The position numbers and the translations under genes were made by a program. This document shows positions 12,039 through 24,724 of a stretch of DNA of 64,000 bases, piece after piece (the stretch's first letter is position 1; each line of letters starts with the position of its first letter). The notes beneath the pieces were generated by a model, which saw only the letters and a list, made by a program, of their open reading frames with translations, was not told where the DNA came from and did no database searches. Source of the stretch: Macrostomum hystrix (lineage: Eukaryota; Animalia; Platyhelminthes); contig CATNEN010000038.1 of assembly GCA_950097015.1 (NCBI GenBank), positions 35,281,954-35,345,953 on the forward strand, in the 5' to 3' direction.

Positions 12039-13398
12039 TCATAACAGAGATAAGCAGTAGAACAGCAGCAGAAGCCAAGCAAGCAAATGCGTCTTCGAAA
12101 GCCACAAAGTCAATCTCGAATTGCAGTCGCGACGTAGTTGAAGTCTGTCAATGGGTCCGTTGCACAATGGCTGCTGACAGCAGATGATACTGGCACTTTC
12201 GTAGCAGACGCTTGGTACGGGAAGTCGAATGACAGGGCCAGAACTCGACACTATTACCTGTTGAGTTTGGAAGAGATAAGGGGCACAAGAAGTGATTAAC
12301 AGTTGAAAAACAACGCTATTTTCCCTCTGGGGAAAGACCACAGGAGTTGCAAATACCCACTGCCTACTTGACGATAGCTCCCAAACCGAATGACCAGTTT
12401 TCGTGAGAGTATAAACAAGTTTTCGCCCTTTTCGGATAAACTGACTACCTTTTTAAGCCTTCCGAGTAAGCACCGTCGAGATATTCAGCGATGATTATCG
12501 AGTGACAAGGACAACAATTATTGCAATGTATAAACCTTTTTCCATTTTGGTTGAAAAAAAACTAAGAATATAGTCAATACAATAAAACCGAAGTGGTTAT
12601 ATGATGGATTTTGTGGCTCTTGCCACCAGACACTCTTGCTGTTTCTACGGTTAGGAGATAAAAGGATTGACGAGCCCAAATATTAAAATGTGTATTCTTG
12701 AGCAAGGCCTTCATTCTCTAGAGCTTCAGTTCAACCAGCTGTAAAATGAGTGTGAATTAAGCCTCCACAGTCCATCGACTGAAAAGCTTACACAGTAAGC
12801 TAATAATATTTGCTAGAAATTTGTTTTTCGATTTCTTTGTTGATCAATTTTGCGAGTGCTGCAATAATGAAATTTATTCACTGAAACCATCATCCTAAGT
12901 TTGGGGTGGTGAGTAGCAGAGCGGTTAACGCGTTTGCCTCTCGCATCAAGTTCGATTCCACGACGAGGCCACGTTTATTTGGGGCGCAGCCGCGGAGAGA
13001 AGGCTTGGAGGCTTGTCGTGCGCTTTATGCCATAGAGGGCCAACCTCCAAGGCTCAGTGAAAGTGTACACTGCCTGACGATGAGACAGTCAGGGCAGATG
13101 TGTAGTTCGTACACACGTGTGAGTTTGAGTCATTGCCTCCTCGCTGGCTGCGAGTCTACTGTCACCAAATGATGTGCCAGTGTTTACAGCTCTCTTGCTA
13201 TATTGTTCATATTATTAAACAAAGTTTCTGTAACTATGTAATAATGCTCTGTACTGTAAGCACATCACAACTAGCTTACCACGCAGTATTTTCCACTAGC
13301 TGTTGGTGTCTGCTCATCGACTGTCGGACAGTTCTGACAGTTGTAGCAAATGATTCTGGAGTCGGCACTGCTGTTGCCCTGAGCTATGGCGAACGGTG
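12039..13398 (-). CDS. Ly6/uPAR three-finger protein, copy A (divergent; signal exon not located)
   Basis: Exon 13398-13280 (ttctag|...gtg|gtaagc) encodes PFAIAQGNSSADSRIICYNCQNCPTVDEQTPTASGKYCV. Exon 12257-12039 encodes VIVSSSGPVIRLPVPSVCYESASIICCQQPLCN plus a hydrophobic tail. Intron phases (1, 0) match copies B-E. Confidence 0.8.
12325..12665. mobile_element. Second copy of the MITE-like family seen in the WSC intron
   Basis: ctggggaaagaccacagg...aaatacccac...atagctcccaaaccgaatgacc...ttgccaccaga matches 6088-6430. Confidence 0.6.
12901..13215 (+). mobile_element. SINE copy in the intron of Ly6 copy A
   Basis: gcagagcggttaacgcgtttgcctctcgcatcaagttcgattcc head followed by the family body. 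Confidence 0.8.
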
Positions 13399-14334
13399 CT
13401 AGAATTTTTGAGGGGGATTTTTAAGGGTCTTGAAGATATTCAAGGACAGAATTTTCGGATTATGTAGGATTGGAATTTGAAAATAATTTGAAGATACTTT
13501 GAGATGGGATTTGAAGATTAGTGCTCAGCGCTTTGTCCTGAAATGATTTGAGATGGGATTTCAGGATGGGATGGGATTTTAACATAATTGGAGACGGGAT
13601 TTCGGAATATTTTCAGATGAGATTTAACGATAAAAGCGACCAAGAAATTGTTCTTTGCCAATCAATTCTCGTTTTAAGTGTAAGAGACAAAAATGTGAGA
13701 TGTTTTTATTTAAATACTTGCTATGGAACTCACTCAAATAGATTAGCAATCCAAGTATGATTCCACAATGGTTCATGTTGTCGAAAATTTCAGAAAACTT
13801 TCTAATTATTTTTAAACGTGCCTATCAAAGTGTGGACAGAAGCCTATAAATTTATAAGCGTATTCAGGTGTAAGCAGTGATGGATACCTGTGGCAGACAT
13901 GAAGGCTATTTTCGACAAAAAATCACTGGCTACATGAATTAATCCAGCATGTTTGCAATGGGTGCTTTGCTGTGCATTCTCTAGCTGATTGCAAGGGAGG
14001 TCAATATTACTTGCAAACTGTTATGTGCTTTATGTACAGATCTCTCTATCATAGTAGTGCGTACATCTCCTTCTATACTGACTCCTTCCATCTAACCCTC
14101 CGAACATGCAGCATCTCCCCCTTCCCCTGTGTACGGCACGGCCTTCTAAATTCACTTTCCGAACTTTCACTCCGTCAAAAAATCGTGTGCGTTTATGGTT
14201 CTATCACTTTACCAGTAGCGTAGGGAAATTGAGAGATGTACTTTATCGTCTTATATTTACATGTACATGAAGATGTACGTATAAATCTTATCGTACATAA
14301 AAAAATCTGTCATAATTTTATCGCGCCAGAATTT

Positions 14335-14490
14335 CATCTCATCTCTCGAGTATCTCATCTCTCCCCTATCTCTTCTCTCCTGGGTCTCATCTCTCCTGTT
14401 TCTCATCTCTCCCCTATTTCTTCTCTCCTGTGGCTCATTTCTCCTGTGTCTCATCTCTAACCTTTCTCATGTCTCCACTATCTCATATTT
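14335..14490. repeat. CT-rich 48-bp tandem repeat, about 2.5 copies
   Basis: Repeated atctcatctctcc... units. The ORF track shows the 16-aa periodicity ISPVSHLSPISSLL. Confidence 0.75.
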
Positions 14491-14501
14491 CTAAAGTCAA
14501 T

Positions 14502-15331
14502 GCTACAGAACTGAGATTCTTCAGGACTGCAAAGCTACTGGACTGAGATTCTTCAGGACTGCAAAGCTACTGGACTGAGATTCTTCAGGACTGCAAAGCT
14601 ACTGGACTGAGATTCTTCAGGACTGCAAAGCTACTGGACTGAGATTCTTCAGGACTGCAAAGCTACTGGACTGAGATTCTTCAGGACTGCAAAGCTACTG
14701 GACTGAGATTCTTCAGGACTGCACAGCTACTGGACTGAGATTCTTCAGGACTGCAAAGCTACTGGACTGAGATTCTTCAGGACTGCACAGCTACTGGACT
14801 GAGATTCTTCAGGACTGCAAACTTACTGGACTGAGATTCTTCAGGACTGCACAGCTACTGGACTGAGATTCTTCAGGACTGCAAAGCTACTGGACTGAGA
14901 TTCTTCAGGACTGCAAAGCTACTGGACTGAGATTCTTCAGGACTGCAAAGCTACTGGACTGAGATTCTTCAGGACTGCAAAGCTACTGGACTGAGATTCT
15001 TCAGGACTGCAAAGCTACTGGACTGAGATTCTTCAGGACTGCACAGCTACTGGACTGAGATTCTTCAGGACTGCAAAGCTACTGGACTGAGATTCTTCAG
15101 GACTGCACAGCTACTGGACTGAGATTCTTCAGGACTGCAAACTTACTGGACTGAGATTCTTCAGGACTGCACAGCTACTGGACTGAGATTCTTCAGGACT
15201 GCAAAGCTACTGGACTGAGATTCTTCAGGACTGCAAAGCTACTGGACTGAGATTCTTCAGGACTGCAAAGCTACTGGACTGAGATTCTTCAGGACTGCAA
15301 AGCTACTGGACTGAGATTCTTCAGGACTGCA
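14502..15331. repeat. 32-bp satellite (ggactgagattcttca-ggactgcaaagctact), about 26 units, highly homogeneous
   Basis: Near-perfect tandem units between Ly6 copies A and B. Confidence 0.97.
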
Positions 15332-15679
15332 CGATTTAACTTGCTATAGAAATAGATGATGGCAGAAACGGTTTATTTTTTATTGCGTTTGAAGTACGAG
15401 TTTGAGTACGAGTATGAGTTTGCTTATTGCGCAAAAGTATTATAGCTTCAAATGTAGCTATTGAGTAATTAGCAAGTTTTAAATATGCAATGCTAAAAAT
15501 ATTATATTTTTTGGTTCATAAGTGGTAGGATTGGCTTCTTTTTAATGATGCTTAAACAAGAACTTCTATACCACCTCTAGTTCATTCGTCTGTTTTTGCT
15601 TTAGTAGGCATGGTACAGAACGTTCGGATTATTGTAAAAAAAAGCACAGAAACTAGAAAATCATCCATGGAACATTGCT

Positions 15680-18253
15680 TTATAGGCTGCAGTTGCTGAC
15701 AATCTGCTGCAGGACAACCGAAACTATCAGAAGGAACAGAGCACCAGACACTTGATGGCCGGTGTTGCACAGGTTAGATACGCAGCAGTATGAATAATCC
15801 AGTACCTCAAGGCAGAACGGAACAGCGCTTCTAGCGACAATTCCTTTCACAACCAATTTCTGTTTGTTAAATTGTTAAAAAGTAAATTCTATTCAGAGGT
15901 TGCATCGGAAAGATTTAGGGATTAGAAATCATATTCATTTGGTGGCAGACTCAAGTCTATGTGCATGGCCTCCTAAAGATTCCTACTCAGGGACTTTGGT
16001 GTGAGAGGCAAACGTGCGAACAAATCTCTCCCTCAGCCCCAGATAATGAAAAGTTTAGTTTGATATTTTAACCACAAGTAAAATAAATTTTTGTGTTTTT
16101 TCGAATCCAATTGACAGGACTGCAAACTTACTGGACTGAGATTCTTCAGGACTGCAAAGCTACTGGACTAAGATTCGTCAGGACTGCAAAGCTACTGGAC
16201 TGGGATTCTTCAGGACAGCGGATCTACTGGGCTGAGATTCTTCAGGACTGCAAAGCTTCTGGACTGAGATTCTTCAGGACTGCAAACTTACTGGACTGAG
16301 ATTCTTCAGGACTGCAAAGCTACCGGACTGAGATTCTTCAGGACTGCAAAGCTACTGGACTGAGATTCTTCAGGACTGCAAAGCTACTGGACTGAGATTC
16401 TTCAGGACTGCAAAGCTATGGACTGAGATTCTTTAGGACTGCAAAGCTACTGGACTAAGATTCTTCAGGACTGCGGATCTACTGGAATGAGATTCTTCAG
16501 GACTGCGGATCTACTGGAATGAGATTCTTCAGGACTGCGGATCTACTGGAATGAGATTCTTCAGGACTGCGGATCTACTGGACTGAGATTCTTCAGAACT
16601 GCAAAGCTTCTGGACTGAGATTCTTCAGGACTGCAAACTTACTGGACTGAGATTCTTCAGGACTGCAAAGCTACTGGACTGAGATTCTTCAGGACTGCAA
16701 AGCTATGGACTGAGATTCTTTAGGACTGCAAAGCTACTGGACTAAGATTCTTCAGGACTGCGGATCTAATGGAATGAGATTCTTCAGGACTGCGGATCTA
16801 CTGGAATGAGATTCTTCAGGACTGCGGATCTACTGGAATGAGATTCTTCAGGACTGCGGATCTACTGGACTGAGATTCTTCAGGACTGCAAAGCTTCTGG
16901 ACTGAGATTCTTCAGGACTGCAAACTTACTGGACTGAGATTCTTCAGGACTGGAAACTTACTGGACTGAGATTCTTCAGGACTGCAAAGCTACTGGACTG
17001 AGATTCTTCAGGACTGCAAACTTACTGGACTGAGATTCTTCAGGACTGCAAAGCTACCGGACTGAGATTCTTCAGGACTGCAAAGCTACTGGACTGAGAT
17101 TCTTCAGGACTGCAAAGCTACTGGACTGAGATTCTTCAGGACTGCAAAGCTACTGGACGGAGATTCGTCAGGACTGCAAAGCTACTGGACTGAGATTCGT
17201 CAGGACTGCAAAGCTACTGGACTGAGATTCTTCAGGACTACGAATCTACTGGACTGAGATTCATTAGGACTACGAATCTGCTGGACTGAGATTCTTTAGG
17301 ACTACAAATCTACTGGACTGAGATTCTTTAGGACTACAAATCTACTGGACTGAGATTCTTTAGGACTACAAATCTACTGGACTGAGATTCTTTAGGACTA
17401 CAAATCTACTGGACTGAGATTCGTCAGGACTACGAATCTACTGGACTGAGATTCTTTAGGACTACCAATCTATTGGACTGAGATTCTTTAGGACTACGAA
17501 TCTACTGGACTGAGATTCTTTAGGACTACGAATCTACTGGACTGAGATTCTTTAGGACTACCAATCTACTGGACTGAGATTCTTTAGGACTACAAATCTA
17601 CTGGACTGAGATTCTTTAGGACTACGAATCTACTGGACTGAGATTCTTTAGGACTACGAATCTACTGGACTGAGATTCTTTAGGACTACGAATCTACTGG
17701 ACTGAGATTCTTTAGGACTACGAATCTACTGGACTGAGATTCTTTAGGACTACGAATCTACTGGACTGAGATTCTTTAGGACTACGAATCTACTGGACTG
17801 AGATTCTTTAGGACTACGAATCTACTTGACTGAGATTCTTTAGGACTACGAATCTACTGGACTGAGATTCTTTAGGACTACGAATCTACTGGACTGAGAT
17901 TCTTTAGGACTACGAATCTACTGGACTGAGATTCTTTAGGACTACGAATCTACTGGACTGAGATTGCGTTTATGTCCACTGCAGCGCTTGTTTTTAGGTT
18001 CGTGATACATGACTCACAAGGCAGTATGAACTCTCTATTATTTCGGTTGTATCGTCCACACTATTGCAGCCTATGCAGACATAGCACTTTGCGGCGTTGG
18101 TTCCAGCGATGCAAACTAAAATGTTAAAAATCGTTGTATGAAGCTTTAAAACTAATGAAAGCTGAATTTCTAAATTGAAAAAAAATGATGAGACTGTCTT
18201 GACTAACATGCAGACAGTATTCCGATCGAAAGAATGGAACGAAGTTTCAACAT
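15680..18253 (-). CDS. Ly6/uPAR three-finger, probably GPI-anchored protein, copy B (107 aa, 3 exons)
   Basis: Exons 18253-18208, 18115-18018 and 15859-15680, all with GT-AG boundaries, total 324 nt. Protein: MLKLRSILSIGILSAFCIAGTNA-AKCYVCIGCNSVDDTTEIIESSYCL-KLVVKGIVARSAVPFCLEVLDYSYCCVSNLCN-TGHQVSGALFLLIVSVVLQQIVSNCSL*. Confidence 0.9.
16115..17965. repeat. 32-bp satellite in intron 2 of Ly6 copy B, about 58 units
   Basis: Tandem units. The exon-2-proximal part is homogenised to the variant ...ttctttaggactacgaatctact. Confidence 0.97.
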
Positions 18254-19399
18254 TTTTCTAGCTTCCAGTAAGGCTTGGACAGGTGCTGTAGAAGAAACTC
18301 GCCCTGCTTTTAAAAAATTTAGCGATAAATATTCCTTTAGCTTGATGCGAAATTAAAGTAGAGAAACTGCAGCAAGTTATAAACACACCGAAAGTTATTC
18401 AGAATAAACTTTAGTGCTGGAGGAAGTGTACAACGTTGTCTAGAAATGACGAAACAGCTTGTCGCTAACTTTTATGAGCAGTGGAGTCTAATGGGAATAA
18501 ACAGGGTATGTTCAGCGAATGAATATTTGGTAAATATGATTTCGCTGAATTAACGCATTTGTCAGACTATGTGGATAGTAGCGTGGCTACTCCAGGTTAG
18601 TGAACGCGGCGGGGGAGGACCGCTGCCCCACCCCAGCCTTTGGGGGTGTTTTAAGCGCCATGCGCGGGCCTCCTGCGCACGGCTGCCCTATCACGGCGTG
18701 CTCAATGTCTTATCTTTATCCATGATTTTTTACTCCCTAATCTTTCTTACCGCTGTTAAATAAAACTTTTTCTTATTGCTAAAAATGCTTTCGCACCTCA
18801 CAGGGGTTTTGTTCCCCGCTTTGTTCGCTTTGCTCACCACTGCCTCGCCTTCGCCTTACTTCCGCGGCGCTGTTCACAAAATCCTCCTAATTGATTTCTT
18901 CTCATTACCGATGATTAACTTTACTTTACTTTAGTTTCAGCTTCCATTTCAATTCATTAGTTTTGTCGTGCCGTAACAACAGGGAGAACTATTGTTTTAA
19001 GATAGCTCAGCTAAGAAAAATACAAACCTAATTAATGGCCACTCTGGCCCTTTATATTATTTTGAACATGACTGACGGCAACGTGCCGCCCAAAACATAA
19101 TGTGAATATAGCGCAATCAACCAGAGTAACGTGCCGTATGTGGACGCTACGAAGAACAAGTACATTAGTTAAGAAGTACCTTAGTTTAGCAGACAGACAC
19201 GCACAGTACAGCAGAGATAGTTAATGATTATGAACATAGTTAACTAGTCAAGTGGTGCCACAGTTTTTTATACTTATTGTCTTTGGCCTTAATACAGGCT
19301 TTTAACTCAGCTAAAAACTACATATCCGCAAGTGCAATGTCCTCAAACAAATATGAAATACATAAAGTCAAATCAAATGCGCTTGGCGGCCACACATTA

Positions 19400-22300
19400 A
19401 ATTCATTGTCTCCGACCATTTTGGTAGCAGAGCGACTAAATCCGGCCCAAGCGACAAGTTTGATCCACGCCATGTCGAATCCATGCGCATTCGTCAGTAC
19501 GACCGACAGATGCTCAGAGGATACAGATACTTGTATTTACTTCTTGTTCAGTCGGCTGTGCAAATGACTCTGCATCGAAGACTTTGCCTTCAGCCTCAGT
19601 AGAAGCAGTAGAATTGAGCTCCTTGAACTCTGACGGCTCCTTGGCCTGTGAAGTCTCCTGGTCTAGAGTCCTGGTAGTGATGTCGGATTGGTGCACTAAC
19701 CGGGCTCGATCCAACCGGGAATTTGGTTGGGATTCGATTTCACACGAATGTACACAGGCTTAGCAGATTCTGTTGGTGGGTGAAACTCTGTTGCAGAAGT
19801 AGAAAAGAGCGTGCGCGGAATTTTCAGGATGACCTGGCCAGCAGGAATGGCTCCGATTGCAGATGGTGTGGTGTTTTGTGTCAGGCAGAACGCGTTGATT
19901 GAATGGTCCACATCACCAGCTGATCTGTTTAGCGACAGCTTGAGCTCTTGAATCACTCGCTCATTGTCGACCAATGCCGCTGCGTGGCGTGGTGGCGTTC
20001 CTGCGACTCTTCGTTGACAAGCCTGGCCTCGGAGCGGCCTCTGTGAACTTCTCCCGGCCTCTGCTCAGCCCGCTTGGACATCCTGGACATCTGGTGATGT
20101 CCAGGAGGCGCTAAAACGTGTTGTATTTGGTTTTGTTTTACGAAGCGCTGGAATTCTTCCGAACGAAAATTAGTTCCGTTGTCTAAGAGAAAAAACTTGG
20201 GCAAACCAACATTACTTAAAACTCCTCCTGCAAGCCTTGATGACAGAAGAAGATGCGAGGAAATTGCGAACTTGCACATCAATCCAGCAAGAAAATACGA
20301 GGAACTTAAAGTATTGGTACATCGCAATGTCGATGTGAACACGTTCAAGAAATTCCTAAGCATCCGTCCAACTGGCTAGGTTGGCATTGGGCTTCTTGAG
20401 TGCGTGTAGCTGGCATGTGGCGCATCTGTTAATGTGCAAGTCCATGGATGGCCACAAGAAATACTGCCGTCCAAGACGAATCGTTCGGATGATGCTGCGA
20501 TGCTGCTCGTGGAGAAATTTCAGAATTTTGAGTCTCATTGCAACGGGAGGAGCGATTGGAATGTAGACGATTCCATTCTGGATGGTGTATTCGGATCGGT
20601 CTTAACTATACGGCTGCATAGATCGTCCTTGAGCGTCTAAAATGCCAGGCAAATAAGTGCGAGTTCTGTGACTTTGCAAAAGACTTTATTCTCTCACTGT
20701 TCATCTTCGGCTTGAAGAGCCAGTCTCTTCGTCAAAAGTTATTTGCCAAGGACCAGTTCACGCTCGAAACTTCGAGTGACTGAATCTCAGGATCCTTGGA
20801 AGCAGAAATTCTTTGAAGAAGTGTCTGTCAGATTGTCTGAACTCCTGAAGACTGTTAATCTCTTGCATGTTTACACAGCTAGTCCTTGCGGCTTCTCGAC
20901 AACTTGGCAATCTCAATTGTCTCTCCTTGGGGCGAGCATTGGGTCGAAAGGAGCGAGCATTGTCTCTCCTTTCGAATAGCACACCCTGTAGTTTTATGAG
21001 CTTAGAGTAAGAGCCCAACGCTGCGGACGAGCAGAAACACTCTCTGAAGTGTTCCTTGGGTTAAAGATGTACATCAGGGGCGATGGTCAGATAGAATCAG
21101 ATAGCTCTCAGGTGACCTGATTTACCACACGAGAAACATGCGCCCTTTAGCTGCATCCTGCGAGAAATTGTTGAAAGTATTTTACTCCTTTAACTATTGC
21201 CAACGCCTCGCGCTCGATGTTAGAGTAGTTGGACTCGGCATGCGTCAGCATCTGACTAGCGAGCCAGACAGCTCGCCTTTGGTTCTCGTCATATAAGAGC
21301 ACGAATCCAATGCCATCCTTTGACGCATCGCAAGTGAGATATAGCGGCTTCGAGATGTCGTACGGAACTACTACTCTAGCAATGTTGGCTTTTAATTTGT
21401 TAAATGCCAGTCTATGAGTCTCTGTGCAACTCAATTGTACGTTCTTCATGGAAAAGTTCTTGCAAAAGAGTTCATAATTTCAAAGGGTGGATATAGCACT
21501 TCGCAGCTTGTCCTTGTCCCTTGGCTCTGGTAGCTCAGTCAAAGCCTCCATCCGAGTACAGTTGTCCGTATTAAAGTATGAAGCCGAGGAACTTGACACT
21601 TTCATTGCACTTTTGCGACTTTTGGGTGTTGATTCTGAAGCCATACTGCGAAAATCGGTTCTTTACGAGGGACAGAACTCGGTGATGCTCTTTCAGACCT
21701 GGTGTTCCGAACATATCGTCCTGGTACGAAGCGACGTTCGGTCGAATGTCGCGGGGAAGTTTATCCATCACTTCTTGGAAGATCAACGGTGCCGCAGAGA
21801 TTCCGAATTGCACTCGACAATAGTCTTCCTTGAGAATGGTAATGATCGGGCTGGGTAGCACATGCTTTCGAATGACACTCCGGATTTCAGGCGAAAGCTT
21901 GCTCTGAATTTGTCTGCCTCATTGACAGAGACATGAGAGCACTTTAAGCTTGAGTCCAAGTCAGGTATCAGGTGCAGTGCTCAATTGAAGTTCAAAACGA
22001 GAATACTGTGCGTGTCCGGCTCTCAAACGAAAATGTCTCCGACTGCGCTCTTCTCGCTGTTGTCCTTGACCGTAGCATACCTCAGCACTCCGAGAGCAGC
22101 TGCCTGTGAGCCCCCACACTTTCAGAGACTTTGTGTTGTCACTTTGGATTTTAAGGCCGGTCCTTTCATAGTGATGGCAGTGATTTGGCTCCCAGAGTCG
22201 ACGCAGATAGTAGTTTTCAAATCACCAATTCGAAGCTCTTCAACCAAAGGATACTACTTGCCGTTCCGAACTCAACAGATAGAATGCTGCCGGGTTGATC

Positions 22301-23250
22301 ACGTTTGAGGCTTTAGTTTGAGGCTGGCATGCAGTGCACGGGTTTTGCAGCCAATCGGCATGCGGATGCAATGTGCCCTTGCTTTCCGAACTTGTTGCAG
22401 ACTGCCTGACTGAATCTGCAAGCGGTTCTCAGGTGACCTGATTTACCACACGAGAAACATGCGCCCTTTGAGGCTTGATTGGCGCCAGAAACGGAGTTAG
22501 CGCCGGCTTCTGAGTCTGGTTTTCGGACCGCCTTTGAAACGGCCGTCGTGAATTTGAAAGCTGCTTCCTTCCGATGCAGTAGGGGTACAGTGGTGATGGT
22601 TTTCTGGGGTTCGGTAGCGACGTGCACGGATTCTGATAGCTTCCTGAACGGAAGTTTCGAGCGTGAACTGGTCCTTGGCAAATAACTTTTGACGAAGAGA
22701 CTGGCTCTTCAAGCCGAAGATGAACAGTGAGAGAATAAAGTCGTTAGCAAAGTCACAGAACTCGCACTTATTTGCCTGGCATTTTAGACGCTCAAGGAAA
22801 GTCGAAATCAATTCAGCAGACTTTTGTGTCTTAAAATGCAGGACATTCCATACGTATTGCAGGAGTCTTTTTGGCTTGAGGTGCTCCAGGATCATCTTTT
22901 CATTGCTTCCAAGGTGCAGTTGTTCGCGCTGATGCCAGTAGGCTTCATCGAAGTTTCAACTAGAGTAAGTCACAACTGTAATTGGGTTAGGAGCTTTGGT
23001 ACACCGGTATCGGGACTAATTCCTCTGATTCTGAAGCCAGGAGAATTAACTAAATAGACTAGTTAGTTCAGTTGATCCTCGTCGTCGTGTTATAAGTCTA
23101 AGACGTAGGAATTTCTAGTGTTGTGCGAAATCGTAGCAGCAATTATATTGATAAGCGCTTATATAACAATATATAACAGTCCGCAATCCAGGCAGCACAG
23201 CCCTTTTAACGATTCAATGAGTGCCTTGTCTTTGGTTAGCACGTTAAATT
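19400..23250 (-). mobile_element. Degenerate Ty3/Gypsy LTR retrotransposon (Mag-like)
   Basis: Order on the minus strand: PBS-like cgacgaggatc near 23080; gag with [14 protein letters not shown] and [14 protein letters not shown]; protease CVDSGSQIT; RT FGISAAP...YQDD; RNase H CDASKDGIG, NYSNIEREALAI; integrase HEQH...CATC and DNGTNF. Many frameshifts. Paired LTRs not confirmed, so boundaries are approximate. Confidence 0.9.
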
Positions 23251-23254
23251 TAAT

Positions 23255-23585
23255 AACTGAAGGATGGCTGCGGGCAATGGCAAATCATTTCGTAACACTA
23301 GACCTGCAGCTAGTGAGAAAGCGATTCTTCCCATTTCGCTGACTCCTGAGCACACACGCACACAAATACCGTACGTTGGCACTCAAACACAGTTGAATAC
23401 ATCTATACCCCGACTTTCTCATCGTCAGGGAGTGTACACTCTCATTGTGCCTTGGATGTTGGTCCTCGGGGTCGTATGCCTTCAGTCCGCGGCTGCGCCT
23501 AAGAATAATGTGGCCTCGCCGCGAAATCGAGCTCAGGGACCTTGGTGCGAGAGGCAAACACGTTAACCGATCTGCCACCGCTCAC
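23255..23585 (-). mobile_element. SINE copy downstream of the Ly6 remnant
   Basis: Family head, body and tail on the minus strand. Confidence 0.8.
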
Positions 23586-23914
23586 CTGCTTCATAGCATT
23601 CGCTACTACTAGTTTTATCGGTTTCGCCAGGAAAGAAAATTATTTAACTTTAGTAATGCTTTTTAATTCGTTTTCGTATCTTACAAAATTTTTGCTATTA
23701 GCGGGGCTAAAGAGTAAAAATGGGCTTGAACTTGCGAGGCTTAAAAAAGAACCAATTTATTATTCAACAATGTTACATCTTATTCGCAATGATACTCTCT
23801 AAGTACTCGTACTATAGTATTTTCGTCAGTTTTTTAGGCATCACAGAACTATCGGATATATTGTTTAATAAAATTTAGCAACAAAGTAGTTAAATTATAA
23901 ATGCAACATTTGTT

Positions 23915-23999
23915 TACAGGCTGCATCTGCTGACAAACTGCTGCAGGATGGTCAGGACAACCGAAGCTATCAGAAGGAACTGAGCACCAGACACTTGAC
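23915..23999 (-). pseudogene. Ly6 remnant: GPI-tail part of exon 3 only, fused directly to satellite
   Basis: ctgacaaactgctgcaggatggtcaggacaaccgaagctatcagaaggaac.gagcaccagacacttga matches exon 3 of copy C, then runs straight into ctgcaaagctactgg. The 3' flank 23500-23900 is homologous to 28150-28650. Confidence 0.85.
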
Positions 24000-24435
24000 T
24001 GCAAAGCTACTGGACTGAGAATCTTCAGGACTGCAAAGCTACTGGACTGAGATTCTTCAGGACTGCAAAGCTACTGGACCGAGATTCTTCAGGACTGCAA
24101 AGCTACTGGACTGAGATTATTCAGGACTGCAAAGCTACTGGACTGAGATTCTTCAGGACTGCAAAGCTACTGGACTGAGATTATTCAGGACTGCAAAGCT
24201 ACTGGACTGAGATTCTTCAGGACTGCAAAGCTACTGGACTGAGATTATTCAGGACTGCAAAGCTACTGGACTGAGATTATTCAGGACTGCAAAGCTACTG
24301 GACTGAGATTCTTCAGGACTGCAAAGCTACTGGACTGAGATTCTTCAGGACTGCAAAGCTACTGGACTGAGATTCTTCAGGACTGCAAAGCTACTGGACT
24401 GAGATTCTTCAGGACTGCAAAGCTACTGGACTGAG
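23998..24435. repeat. 32-bp satellite, about 14 units
   Basis: Tandem units, with a local gagattattc variant. Confidence 0.97.
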
Positions 24436-24554
24436 TGCCTAACTTTTCCAGTCTTTTGATCCTTGGACGTGCTGGACTCCGTAAGTCGCTGGAAAAAAAA
24501 TAGGATAAAGCCGCTAATGGTGTGCTTGCTGTAACTTAAATAAAGCTTGAGTTC

Positions 24555-24722
24555 AGTTCTGTAGGGGGTGTGTATGGATAAATGTGTTATCGAGCGAATG
24601 AGCGAACTTTGAGAACTGTTGATATTGAGGGACGCAGCCGCTCCCTACAGTTTGAGTTAGTGTACGAGCGTCATCGGAAACAGTCAGCAATGGTATGATT
24701 TTGTGCCACAGACAACATTTGT
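24555..24722. repeat. Dispersed repeat, also at about 27778-27910 (inverted) and about 30490-30575
   Basis: Shared gtgtacgagcgtcatc...gcaatggtatgattttgtgccacagacaac. Confidence 0.65.
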
Positions 24723-24724
24723 GC

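Noticed and set aside
13888-13960. Candidate signal-peptide exon for Ly6 copy A (cacag|gtatcc, phase 1)
   Set aside because: It yields only MSAT or a weakly hydrophobic stretch, so it cannot be supported without transcripts.
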